Assembly (NCBI GenBank): GCA_946965045.2
Contig: OX337234.1
Location: forward strand, 620,001 to 684,000
DNA: 64,000 bases
Origin: Epithemia pelagica
Taxonomy: Eukaryota; Protista; Bacillariophyta
Direction of reading: 5' to 3'
Shown: piece after piece, positions 1-8,648 of the stretch
Layout: each line of letters starts with the position of its first letter
Numbering within the stretch: the first letter of the stretch is position 1
Notes under the pieces: generated by a model
Told to the model about the DNA's origin: nothing
What the model saw: only the letters and a program-made list of their open reading frames with translations
Database searches by the model: none
Translations under genes and position numbers: made by a program

Positions 1-560
1 TGCTGCACATCCACGTCCGAAACGTGACGAATTATCTCTTTGCCAAAGGCACGGCAAAGAGCCAAACTACATTCGAAGAAATCATCTCCGGCAAAGCATT
101 GAATTGCTTGAGTTGAAGGCACTTGGTTGCTGTTGATGGCTTGAGCACAGCCAGAGACAAAATCAAAATAAGTTTCGACGTGAACAAAAGCGTTTTCGTA
201 GAGTTGTTGCGGAAGAATCTCGGAGTCGTATTTTCGCTTCCTTTCTAGGATTTCAGGCGTCGAGATGTCCAATGAGGATGCCGTCGTTTCGCATACATTC
301 GGAGGAGCCACTACGTAGTTGGGTTCGGGGCGGGTGTTGATATTTTTTTGTCGTTCAAGCTCACGTCCAACTCGTATCCCAGTTTGCATCGCATTTTGTG
401 TGCGGATAAACATTTTCCTAATGATCTCCTTCGGCAAGCCGACAAGGTAGGGTTCTTCTGCAACAAACAAAACGAGCTTTTGATGTCGCTCAGGAGGAAC
501 CTTTTCAGACCAACTGTCATATCCAGTCCTGCCGGCGCACCAGTTTCTCGGCTGGCGACC
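1..560 (-). CDS. Possible coding exon of unknown function, running off the left edge
   Basis: Hand translation gives a stop-free frame of ~186 codons from 560 to the window edge (...LVLFVAEEPYLVGLPKEIIRKMFIRTQ...YENAFVHVETYFDF...), with an ATG at 413. No family recognised. Confidence 0.3.
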
Positions 561-1304
561 TTAAACAAATAGAAACTACGACATACACAACCCCGGTTCA
601 CACTTAACGAAAAACTATCTTTTTCCTTAATCCATGTCCTGTTTCTATCCGGCACTCACAAACTTTTGGTCGCAGAACGGGGGGGGGTCGTTTTCTATTA
701 CAAATACGAAAGCAATAGAAGACTAGAAACTCTCAGGAAACGACGCATTCGTATGTTTCATGAAGATATGTTGGGAACTTGGTCCTGAGTCCTGAGAGAT
801 TTGGTCTTTTATTCCTGGAGATATGAGCGTTCAAAGTTAGACAGTCGGTTTTCAGGTCTTATATTTAACATGTAGGTTGTGTACAGTTTGGATCATAGTT
901 GATGAAATAGTTTCGGGACGGCTGAGGATAGCGCGCGGGCCCGTTCGGTAACAAAAGCTCGTATTGCAACCTCTTTGTGTCACTGTCAGTGAAGGAGACA
1001 TCAGCATTTGAAGATCCGTCACTCGCAGCAGCGACAGAACGGTTCTTTGGGGGTCTATCGTCCATGGTTCTTGTTCTTTGCGCTTCGGCCCGTCAAAATA
1101 CAAAAGAACAGCAACTTCCGGTAATGGACTCAAAACGTACGAAATCTTCCTACTTCTCAGAGTATCGTCACGATAAAACAACCGTTTTCATATTGCGTTA
1201 TCACACACCAATAGCTCTGATATGATCATATTAGATACAGATTCTTTCGATATGAGGCAAGCATCCCGAGTCACGGATGTCGGGGGACATTGTAGATGTC
1301 TTTT

Positions 1305-1749
1305 GTAGAGGTGGCTCCAGCGCTCAGCGCTGGAGAAACTCCAGCAGAGATTTTCTGTTGCGAGAAAAGAGCACTACATTGGTCTTGGTCGCCGTTCTCT
1401 GTGACTGTTGCCCAACATTTGGCGCCTAGCAAGAAAATATCTTGCGTTGCCTGCGACTGCTGCCTCTTCTGAACGGGCATTCAGTATTGCAGGACTGATC
1501 ATATCTGCGAAACAAGCATCACTGGACCCTTCCACCGTTACAGATTTACATTTTTTACGTGAGAATTGGGAACATGTGTTCTCACCATAAGATAGATTCA
1601 CTCTAGGAGTAGCTTCTAGCTAGGCATTTTCATCCTGGTAGCATAGGTAGTCTTTTCTCCAGCTGGAGGCGCTCACCTAGCTCCAGCAGAGACGTCTCCA
1701 GCGCTTACCTAGCTCCAGCAGAGATGAGCTGTTGCTGGAGCCACCTCTA
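1305..1749 (+). mobile_element. Non-autonomous, internally deleted hAT DNA transposon (445 bp)
   Basis: Perfect 16-bp TIRs TAGAGGTGGCTCCAGC (1305-1320) and GCTGGAGCCACCTCTA (1734-1749). Perfect 8-bp TSD GTCTTTTG (1297-1304, 1750-1757). Subterminal CTCCAGCAGAGA repeats. An 8-bp TSD is diagnostic of hAT. Confidence 0.93.
1408..1590 (+). pseudogene. hAT transposase C-terminal dimerisation domain remnant
   Basis: LARKYLALPATAASSERAFSIAGLIISAKQASLDPSTVTDLHFLREN matches the hAT dimerisation consensus. In-frame TGA just upstream (1402-1404); lies inside the TIR element. Confidence 0.88.
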
Positions 1750-1801
1750 GTCTTTTGATGTCGTTTGATGTCTTTTGATGTCGTTTGATGTCGTTTGATG
1801 T
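1750..1801. repeat. Left decamer tandem array (TTTGATGTCG / TTTGATGTCT)n
   Basis: About five 10-bp units; one further unit lies left of the hAT insertion (1295-1304). Confidence 0.9.
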
Positions 1802-1947
1802 TTTTATCGCCAAAGAAGCTCTACTCTCCAGCAGTTGGTATTCTTCAACAGAAAACACACGACTTGTTGACGATAGGCCCATTGCTGAATCAACTGAATG
1901 AGCACCGCTGGATTTTGACTCAAACCATGTTTCCGCACGAGCCCGAA

Positions 1948-2063
1948 ACCAGATCTCAAAACCAGCGGCATGTGGTGCGCCTGCGGCGCCGTTATCCACA
2001 CGCCTATATTCCAATCAGCCTGACACAGACCGTGTCGGGGCCCCCTGAAATTTGACGTTGGGC
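1948..2063 (+). other. attC site, 5'-truncated member of the long family
   Basis: Aligns with the 3' two-thirds of the sites at 3767 and 4384 (CGGCATGTGGTGCGCC...CCTGACACAGAC.GTGTCGGGGCCCCCTGAAA..TGACGTTGGGC). The GCCCAAC arm is missing. Confidence 0.8.
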
Positions 2064-2095
2064 GACATAGTAACCACTGACAAAACGGAGAACTA

Positions 2096-2641
2096 ATGAA
2101 AGACAGAATTTTCTTTGAAAATAATCCTTGGCCGGAAGGTCATACCATTAATGAATTTAAATGGACTGCTCGGCTCAAGGATGGATATGTTTGGTTTGAT
2201 ATGCACCTCGAAACAGACGAATACTATGCTGAACGCGACATTGAAGATGATGAAGAAAATGAACCAGAAAGTGATTGGGAAGCCGCAGGAACCTGGAGCA
2301 ACTACCACGCCTGCAGATTATCATCAAACTTCTGGCATGAAGGCGGGTTCAAGGTTTGCCCAGCCGACGATTATTCTGCAGATTTCCTTGATGGATTAGA
2401 ATTATCCATTGACCCAAATCCCGAAGATTGCGAGGATTTTGAAGATTTAGCCTTTCACATTTATCTACTCGGCCACGATGCAGTTGGTCATCACAAAATA
2501 AAATTTGAAAGAATTGATGATTCCGATAATTTCAAAATCAAATGGGATGGCAAGATTGCATTGGCATATATAGGTGAAGACACCTTTGAACACCCCTTCA
2601 AACTCACTATTACCAGCGCAACAATGCCAAAGGCATTATAG
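2096..2641 (+). CDS. Cassette 1: acidic bacterial hypothetical protein (181 aa)
   Basis: Intronless ORF 33 nt after the core site, GGAG RBS ~7 nt upstream, stop 22 nt before the next attC. Confidence 0.85.
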   Translation: MKDRIFFENNPWPEGHTINEFKWTARLKDGYVWFDMHLETDEYYAERDIEDDEENEPESDWEAAGTWSNYHACRLSSNFWHEGGFKVCPADDYSADFLDGLELSIDPNPEDCEDFEDLAFHIYLLGHDAVGHHKIKFERIDDSDNFKIKWDGKIALAYIGEDTFEHPFKLTITSATMPKAL

Positions 2642-2662
2642 ACACGATATGGCAGATAAAAC

Positions 2663-2834
2663 GCCCAACAATGTGTTCAAGAAAACAGGAGCCGCTAGCG
2701 GTGCTTTTCAACTTATATCTCAATGACTTCAGACCGTCGGTGGTGATGCCGCCTACGGCGCCATTATCTCACCACCTATTCGCGATCAGTCGTCCGGCGA
2801 CTTCATCGCGCCCCTCTTAACTTTGACGTTGGGC
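2663..2834 (+). other. attC site (172 bp)
   Basis: GCCCAAC (2663-2669) ... GTTGGGC (2828-2834). L boxes GTT(C)AAGA / TCTTAAC with one extrahelical base. Internal CGCCTACGGCG hairpin. Confidence 0.85.
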
Positions 2835-3195
2835 GCCATACATTTCCTCGAAAATTACCAATTAAACTCGAATCAAATATAACTGGTTTACTGTGTCCTG
2901 GTCATCTCCTTCAAACGCAGTACGTGCCTTCATGGTCACATCACTATGCCCATGAACTTGATCATCAACCGGCCACTCTTTGCCCACTCCAACATTTAGC
3001 GATTCGGATACATGGTGCACTGGCTAAGGTTGTTACCCAATCGACCATCAACTTTCAATCATTTGGTGATTCGCAAACGCCGTTTCCTGGCTAAAATTGA
3101 TTGCAACCTGTTGGATGCCTCCGAAGGTAAACATATGATTCGTGATTGCCGATTTATGAAAACACTGCCAATGGTTGCATGCGCATTCAATGTGC
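2835..3195. other. Cassette 2: no convincing ORF (non-coding or decayed cassette)
   Basis: About 360 bp between two complete attC sites; only short or start-less frames on either strand. Confidence 0.55.
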
Positions 3196-3254
3196 GCCCA
3201 ACAAGTGACCGAATGGGAGCGCCTAGCGGCGCCCCCTTGGTGTGAACGTTGGGC
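3196..3254 (+). other. attC site, classical 59-base element
   Basis: Exactly 59 bp: GCCCAAC-AAGTG-ACC(G)AA(T)G...GGAGCGCC TAGC GGCGCCCC...CTTGGT-GTGAAC-GTTGGGC, with two extrahelical bases. Confidence 0.92.
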
Positions 3255-3282
3255 ATGCCGGTTATCGAAAATAAGGAATAAA

Positions 3283-3756
3283 ATGAAATTAACTTGGAAC
3301 GAATTGACCATAAACATTGCTGAATTAGATTTCGAAAAATTGTTAAACGATTGGACCTGGTTGTTGAAAAGGGATATGAAACCTCTCTTAGTAAGCGCAT
3401 TAGGTGACGTGTTCCTAGAAGACTTAGATGGGTCGATTCATTGGCTTGACACAAATTTCGGTTCACTTACGTGCATCGCAAAATCAGCAGTTGAATTCAA
3501 AGAAATGATCACTGTACCCGAAAATGTCAGTGAATGGTTTCTTCCACAACTAATTGGTGACCTCATTCAAACACTTACCGCTGGACAATGTTACAGCGCC
3601 GATCACCCACCTGGCCTTGGTGGTGAATTCATACTTTCTAACTTAAAGCCAACCGATATTTATATTCACTACTCAATATTTGGCAAGATATTCAGTCAAA
3701 TTCAGAATCTACCAGTTGGTACAAAGTTAAATGACATTAAGTTCGTCACTGAATAA
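3283..3756 (+). CDS. Cassette 3: DUF1851 / Tdi1-like toxin-immunity family protein (157 aa)
   Basis: AAGGA RBS. Motifs W.WL, S.LGDVFL, I.WLD...G.L..IA, EWFLP.LI, GQCYS..HPP.LGGEF..SNL resemble the DUF1851 family (recognised by eye). Confidence 0.65.
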   Translation: MKLTWNELTINIAELDFEKLLNDWTWLLKRDMKPLLVSALGDVFLEDLDGSIHWLDTNFGSLTCIAKSAVEFKEMITVPENVSEWFLPQLIGDLIQTLTAGQCYSADHPPGLGGEFILSNLKPTDIYIHYSIFGKIFSQIQNLPVGTKLNDIKFVTE

Positions 3757-3766
3757 GACAGATCGT

Positions 3767-3940
3767 GCCCAACAAGCGGTTTACATAAAACGGGAGCCCC
3801 TAGCGATGCTTTGCAACTCTGGTTTCCAGACCTTCAGACCAACGGCATGTGGTGCGCCTACGGCGCCATTATCCACATACCTATTTTCCAATCATCCTGA
3901 CACAGACTGTGTCGGGGCCCCCTGAAACTGAACGTTGGGC
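3767..3940 (+). other. attC site (174 bp)
   Basis: GCCCAAC (3767-3773) ... GTTGGGC (3934-3940). GTTT(A)CA / TGAAAC L boxes, GGGAGCCCC / GGGGCCCCC stem, two internal hairpins. Confidence 0.88.
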
Positions 3941-3958
3941 GATCACAGTAATACTTAA

Positions 3959-4255
3959 ATGACCGAGCTTAAAAAAATATCCACAGTAATTCTCATGACG
4001 ATATTAGGGATTATTTTCGGCATTATCATATATGTCATCTCCGCGTTTACACTAGGCGGAATCATCTCTTCTATTCCGGATAATACTGAAACACCAGGCT
4101 GGGTAGAACTTCCATTCGTCATATTGTTCACATTTGGCATTATTGTTTTGCCTGCGGTTTTTGGTGGATTGGGTTATCTGGTTGGAAGAAAAATGACAAT
4201 AAACGAGAAACTAGAAAACTCTGGGGATGCCATCGCAAGTTTCCCAAAAATGTGA
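3959..4255 (+). CDS. Cassette 4: small two-TM membrane protein (98 aa)
   Basis: ORF 18 nt after the core site, with two long hydrophobic segments. Confidence 0.75.
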   Translation: MTELKKISTVILMTILGIIFGIIIYVISAFTLGGIISSIPDNTETPGWVELPFVILFTFGIIVLPAVFGGLGYLVGRKMTINEKLENSGDAIASFPKM

Positions 4256-4383
4256 TTCGTGTATCTGGCATACTCGCTAAAATCGATTGCAAACCGTAGG
4301 ACATAGACGAAGGTAAACAGACACTTCGAAATTGCGGACAATTGGCAACATCTGGCCGATGGTTCCAAACGCAATCCAGCTAC

Positions 4384-4557
4384 GCCCAACAAGGGGTTTA
4401 CAGAAAACGGGAGCCCCTAGCGATGCTTTGTGACTACGATTTCCCAAGCTGCGAACCACCGGCATGTGGGCCGCCTTCGGCGCCATTATCCACACGCCTA
4501 TCTTCCAATCAGCCTGACACATACTGTGTCGGGGCCCCCTGAAACTGAACGTTGGGC
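4384..4557 (+). other. attC site (174 bp)
   Basis: Same length as, and highly similar to, 3767-3940. GCCCAAC 4384-4390, GTTGGGC 4551-4557. Confidence 0.88.
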
Positions 4558-4563
4558 GTCAAG

Positions 4564-4800
4564 ATGAACGTACTCAAAATATCAACTGCAATGTCGATAT
4601 GCATGCTCGTACTCTTGTCATGCAGAAGCAATACAACAAATAATTACACCTTCAATTACGACGATATACTCAAAAAGGTGAAAAAATACAATTCACAACC
4701 ATACAATGTTAACTTTAAAATATCTACTCTATGCCGTTCAATTGGCCACACAGCCAACACAGATTGGAAACAATTCCCAAATACAATCCCCCCACATGGC
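4564..4800 (+). pseudogene. Cassette 5: truncated bacterial lipoprotein
   Basis: ATG 7 nt after the core site; signal peptide with an LLSC lipobox. The AT-rich frame runs into unrelated GC-richer DNA at ~4700-4800 with no closing attC. Confidence 0.65.
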
Positions 4801-5044
4801 GATTGGCGTTTGCCTCGGCCGCTTCAGTTGCCTCAGTTGCCTCAGCAACGTTTGTTTTGGCCGCCTCAGTTGCCTCAGCAACGCTTGCTTCCGCTTGCTC
4901 AGTCGCCTGTTGAGTTGCATCCTGTGCTGCTTCTTGCTCAGAGGCTGCATCGGCTTGTTTGGGTGCTTCTTCGGCAGCTGTCGCTGCTGCACTTAGTGCT
5001 AAACCCATTAAGAGTGCTGCATGCATATGCTTTATGTAGGCCAT
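4724..5044 (-). CDS. Bacterial secreted Ala/Glu-rich protein, 3' end possibly chimeric
   Basis: Signal peptide (LLMGLALSAAATA) followed by EA-rich repeats; divergent from apt. Confidence 0.55.
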   Translation of the reverse strand: MAYIKHMHAALLMGLALSAAATAAEEAPKQADAASEQEAAQDATQQATEQAEASVAEATEAAKTNVAEATEATEAAEANANRHVGGLYLGIVSNLCWLCGQLNGIE

Positions 5045-5204
5045 TCGATTCTATACCTCTCCTGAATTCACCGGTAGGGCTTCATTTCAGGGCGCGAATC
5101 GTGGTCTGCACTTTGCCAGGGCAAGGCCAATCAGGTAGCCAATGCAGACTTCCAAACGATCAATTCCCCCTTTTCGAACTGCCTGCCCACAGCAGACTTC
5201 CGTC

Positions 5205-5732
5205 ATGAGCACAACCAGCATAGATTTAGCCGCGCACATCCGCGATGTACCCGATTTCCCGAAGCCCGGAATTGTTTTCAAAGACATTTCACCCCTGGTC
5301 GGCAATCCAGAGGCCCTGCAATACGCCATCAAGGCCTTGGCTGCTCGGGTGGAAAACGCTGGCATCACAGCAGTCGCCGGTATCGAAAGTCGAGGATTCT
5401 GGTTTGCACCCGGTGTCGCCTTGGCACTCGGTGCTCGCTTCATCCCAATCCGCAAGCCGGGCAAATTACCATGGAAAGTACATCGCCTCGAATACGACCT
5501 GGAATATGGCTCTGACGCCATCGAAATGCACCAAGACGCAGTGACGTCTGACGATACTGTTTTTGTCATCGATGATGTCTTAGCAACTGGTGGCACCCTT
5601 CGGGCAGCCTGTCAATTGATCCAGCAATGTGGCGCCACTGTGCACGCTGCCGGAGTAGTCGTCGATTTGGCCTTCTTGGGCGGCACACCAACGATTCCGA
5701 GCACAGTACATAGCCTCTTGGAGTACACTTAA
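5205..5732 (+). CDS. apt: Adenine phosphoribosyltransferase, bacterial type (175 aa)
   Basis: IRDVPDFPKPGIVFKDISP, GIESRGF, IRKPGKLP, YDLEYG and PRPP-binding VIDDVLATGGT. The stop overlaps the next ATG (TAATG), as in an operon. Confidence 0.95.
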   Translation: MSTTSIDLAAHIRDVPDFPKPGIVFKDISPLVGNPEALQYAIKALAARVENAGITAVAGIESRGFWFAPGVALALGARFIPIRKPGKLPWKVHRLEYDLEYGSDAIEMHQDAVTSDDTVFVIDDVLATGGTLRAACQLIQQCGATVHAAGVVVDLAFLGGTPTIPSTVHSLLEYT

Positions 5733-5920
5733 TGGCAGCGTTTGAACTTTTTGGCTACAAGGCCTGCGGGACCTGTCGTAAAGCACAAAAATGGTTGGTG
5801 GCACACGGGCAACCCGACGACATGCAACCAATCCGCGAAACACCCCCATCAGTTGAACAACTGCGACGAGCCCTGCATGAGGCCGTGGCAGGCCAGCGCA
5901 AAAAACTCTGCAACTCGGCC
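5732..5920 (+). pseudogene. ArsC/Spx/MgsR-family protein, N-terminal half only
   Basis: GYKACGTCRKAQKWL (CxxC), PPSVEQL, KKLCNS. Similarity stops after ~62 codons, where the DNA switches to an opposite-strand permease. Confidence 0.8.
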
Positions 5921-6200
5921 CAACCAACTGGTGACATTTTCTCGAAAAGCCTGCACCATAATCGTTACACCCAAACTAGCGGCCAAGGCCAAACACAAAG
6001 CAGCCGACGCCGGCCCCAATCGCCCCAAGGCGCGCAAAGGCCACGTCAACCGTTGGGCCAAGGCGTCGCGCCACCACTGGACGAGCGACAGCAATAAGCC
6101 AGAACGTCGCGGCAGGAATCATCGCCGTTAAGCCAAGCACCAAGACCAGGGCGCCGAGCCACCCCCCCAGTAAGCTCGCACTAATTTGCATAATTAACAC
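5918..6200 (-). pseudogene. Internal fragment of an FtsX-like ABC transporter permease, frameshifted
   Basis: One frame gives GALVLVLGLTAMIPAATFWLIAVA; the next frame gives ASAALCLALAASLGVTIMVQAFRENVTSWL (AAL...GV.IMV.SFR..V..WL motif). The shift is near 6040. Confidence 0.6.
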
Positions 6201-6209
6201 GGCCAGCAC

Positions 6210-6280
6210 ACGACATCAAACGACATCAAACAACATCAAACGACATCCCTCACGACATCAAACGACATCCCTCACGACAT
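6210..6280. repeat. Right decamer tandem array (CGACATCAAA)n with CGACATCCCTCA variants
   Basis: The unit is the reverse complement of the left-array unit. Confidence 0.9.
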
Positions 6281-6991
6281 TCCCGTTTGTTCCATACTAG
6301 AGAGATTGGGAAACCATACTCTATGGCTTCATTATACGTATTTTGTATTAATATCGATCCTTTGTCGAAGAAGTTCTTGGTCTTGTACTCTGGGTATTGC
6401 TAGCGGATATGGGAAGTTGCAGAGATGTTGCTGTTTGCTGATAAGTTCAGATTTTTGTGCGTTGCAATGATCGACGATGAGCGACGGACCTACCTACCAG
6501 ATCTTCGGGTAAGTAGCTAGGAGTAGCTACCTAGCTACCTCACACCACCCTTGAGTTTGTCCAATGCAGGCCAGATGTTCCTTGTCCAACATAATATTAT
6601 GAAGATTTAAACCTCCCAAATCCAATAATAAACCACGTAACGAAAGAGCGAACGACATGACTGGCATCTATCGGATAACACCATTGCTCGTGAGGAGTCT
6701 CGGCGACGGTTCTGCATTGCTCCAACTCCTCTAACCGTAAGCCAACAAGTTCCGCAGAGATAGGGCTGGATCCGGCCGCCCGTCTGGACCCATCCTTCTT
6801 GGCTGGCACAACCCTTGCACGAAACAATGCAACCACTACAAAGAGCCACACTTGTCGACGCCCAGACGAGAGTGTACTACTGCGTTCCATCATCCGGTGC
6901 ACAACAAGAGGCTTGGAACCAATCCTGTCCAATTGCTGGGGTTGGAACACCCGATTGGATGGATGGAATATCGGTCCATCCAAACCTATTA

Positions 6992-8230
6992 CTACTTGGA
7001 AAAGCGTCCTGTTTGCAAGAGGGCCAAGTCCTGCAAACTTTCGGGCATGCCTTGGGCTTTCAAAAAATAGGGCATGAACCAGGCGGCCATGGCTTGCAAG
7101 GCGACCAAACTGGTTCCATGATACAAGAGTCGTCGTTGGAACCGCCCCACAGTGTCCATACGACGGGTGTCGTCGTCTGGTTGTTGTTTGTCGTTGTTGG
7201 AACGCTGAAACAAGGGAATCAAGACATGCTTGTCCAAGGCCAAGCCGAGTGCGGGTGCCACGAGCAACACCCACATGTACTCCCAGGCCCAGGTTCCTGC
7301 ACTCACTTGGCCCCACCATGCCACATGCAACAGACAATTGAGACCAAAGGTGGCCATGGTATTGCGCCATTGCAACCAAATGGCGGATGATCTCGTACTA
7401 TTAGTAGGACGACCCCCCAGGGGCTCGTAAATGGCCCATCGCAAATGAAAGCCCGGGGATTTGCTCCATCGGTGCCAAAAATACCGAGGGACCGTCGATG
7501 CCACGGGCAAATTTGAAGGTTCCACCACATAAAACGAAGAACCGGATTGTTGTGGTTGTTGAGGCAGCAAACTGCCCACCACGGCCCAAGTCGGGGCCGT
7601 CATGGCGATATCCGATACCATGCCTTGCGACAATTGAATTTGATAAAAGGCCACAATATTTTGCATCCAACCGGGGAATCGGTCGTACCAACGATAGTCC
7701 AAAATGGCCTGAGCAATCGTTCCCATGAGCACAGCCTGGATCACGCCACGACACGTATAATACAGAATCTTCCAATAATAATTTACTACTGGAACCGTTT
7801 TCTTGTGTGGTGGTGTTGTTCCAGTGGCATGTCGTGGCTGGTGGTGTTCGGGCACGCCTCCTTCAAAGACAATGGTCGCTGGACAATAGCAAAAGAGGAC
7901 TATGCGACCAAAGTTGGTCAAACCCAATTGACTCGCAAACTGCGGCGACAATACGGCATGGACGTACTTGACGGACAGTAGGGCAAAGATCCACCAAATC
8001 AAATTCACGTTAAAGGAATAATACATGCCCAAGGCAGTGCGGAGAGAATCGGCCAGTATATACATGGTCCAAAAGTACCACGTCAAGGCCGCTACTCGAC
8101 GCCAGAGGGCTTGTCGAACCAAACAATAGTAAAACACCCATGGTTGACAGAGCCAAAACAAAACCATCCAACCCCCAATCCGCAAACAATTGCTCCGCAC
8201 CGGTTCTGGCAAATGATCCAATATCACCAT
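6992..8230 (-). CDS. Membrane-bound O-acyltransferase (wax-synthase-like MBOAT)
   Basis: Multiple TM segments. P.AS.VPR.FW.RWS...LR..IYEP.GG and F...CLLH motifs. First ATG at 8230. Confidence 0.75.
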   Translation of the reverse strand: MVILDHLPEPVRSNCLRIGGWMVLFWLCQPWVFYYCLVRQALWRRVAALTWYFWTMYILADSLRTALGMYYSFNVNLIWWIFALLSVKYVHAVLSPQFASQLGLTNFGRIVLFCYCPATIVFEGGVPEHHQPRHATGTTPPHKKTVPVVNYYWKILYYTCRGVIQAVLMGTIAQAILDYRWYDRFPGWMQNIVAFYQIQLSQGMVSDIAMTAPTWAVVGSLLPQQPQQSGSSFYVVEPSNLPVASTVPRYFWHRWSKSPGFHLRWAIYEPLGGRPTNSTRSSAIWLQWRNTMATFGLNCLLHVAWWGQVSAGTWAWEYMWVLLVAPALGLALDKHVLIPLFQRSNNDKQQPDDDTRRMDTVGRFQRRLLYHGTSLVALQAMAAWFMPYFLKAQGMPESLQDLALLQTGRFSK

Positions 8231-8415
8231 CCTTGTGCCTGTTTCTTTGTTTGTTTGTTCCAATCAATCAATGGAGGTGTGACAATCGCTTATTTGTATT
8301 GGTCCGTCGATGGTTTGCAACCCTGCCTCGTGTGTAACTCCTGAACCAGCGAGACGACAAGCTACGTTCTATCAATAGGGAGCTTCTCGACTCTCTCAAG
8401 AGACTTGGGTGTGCC

Positions 8416-8648
8416 TGTTGAGACAAGATAGCACGCCCAAGGAAACACAGGACCAAACCGCGACTCCCAAGAGAGTACAGTGGATGACGAACCCAAAGGA
8501 AGCCGAATGGCAAGTGGTGCAACCACGTAAGAGGTGCAGTCATTCCAAACCGGAGGAGGCGCAACAAAACGCTCATTCTTTTTAAAATAGAAGTAAATTG
8601 GTTTCCTTTTGTTGCCTGTACAGCACGATCGGTTGACTAGTTTCAACA
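8416..8648 (+). repeat. 5' LTR of element 1
   Basis: Direct repeat of 14265-14497. Confidence 0.97.

Larger units (their letters stand above)
1948..4800 (+). mobile_element. Bacterial integron gene-cassette array without integrase (CALIN-like), truncated at both ends
   Basis: Five GTTGGGC core sites, four of them paired with an upstream GCCCAAC inverse core. They separate short, co-oriented, AT-rich, promoterless ORFs. No intI in the window. Confidence 0.88.

Noticed and set aside
1948-4557. 174-bp repeats as CRISPR repeats, IS ends or tRNA/ncRNA genes
   Set aside because: They have RYYYAAC/GTTRRRY cores, flank whole genes, and show no cloverleaf or IS-type TIR/TSD. attC explains them better.
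4552-5208. 218-aa ORF as one real protein
   Set aside because: Chimeric read-through from the lipoprotein cassette into the antisense strand of the Ala/Glu-rich gene.
1750-6280. Decamer arrays as CRISPR or telomere repeats
   Set aside because: The units are contiguous with no unique spacers, are too short for CRISPR repeats, have no cas genes nearby, and are not TTAGGG-like.
1-6300. Integron integrase or attI site
   Set aside because: No tyrosine-recombinase motifs in any frame, and the array is truncated within its first attC.
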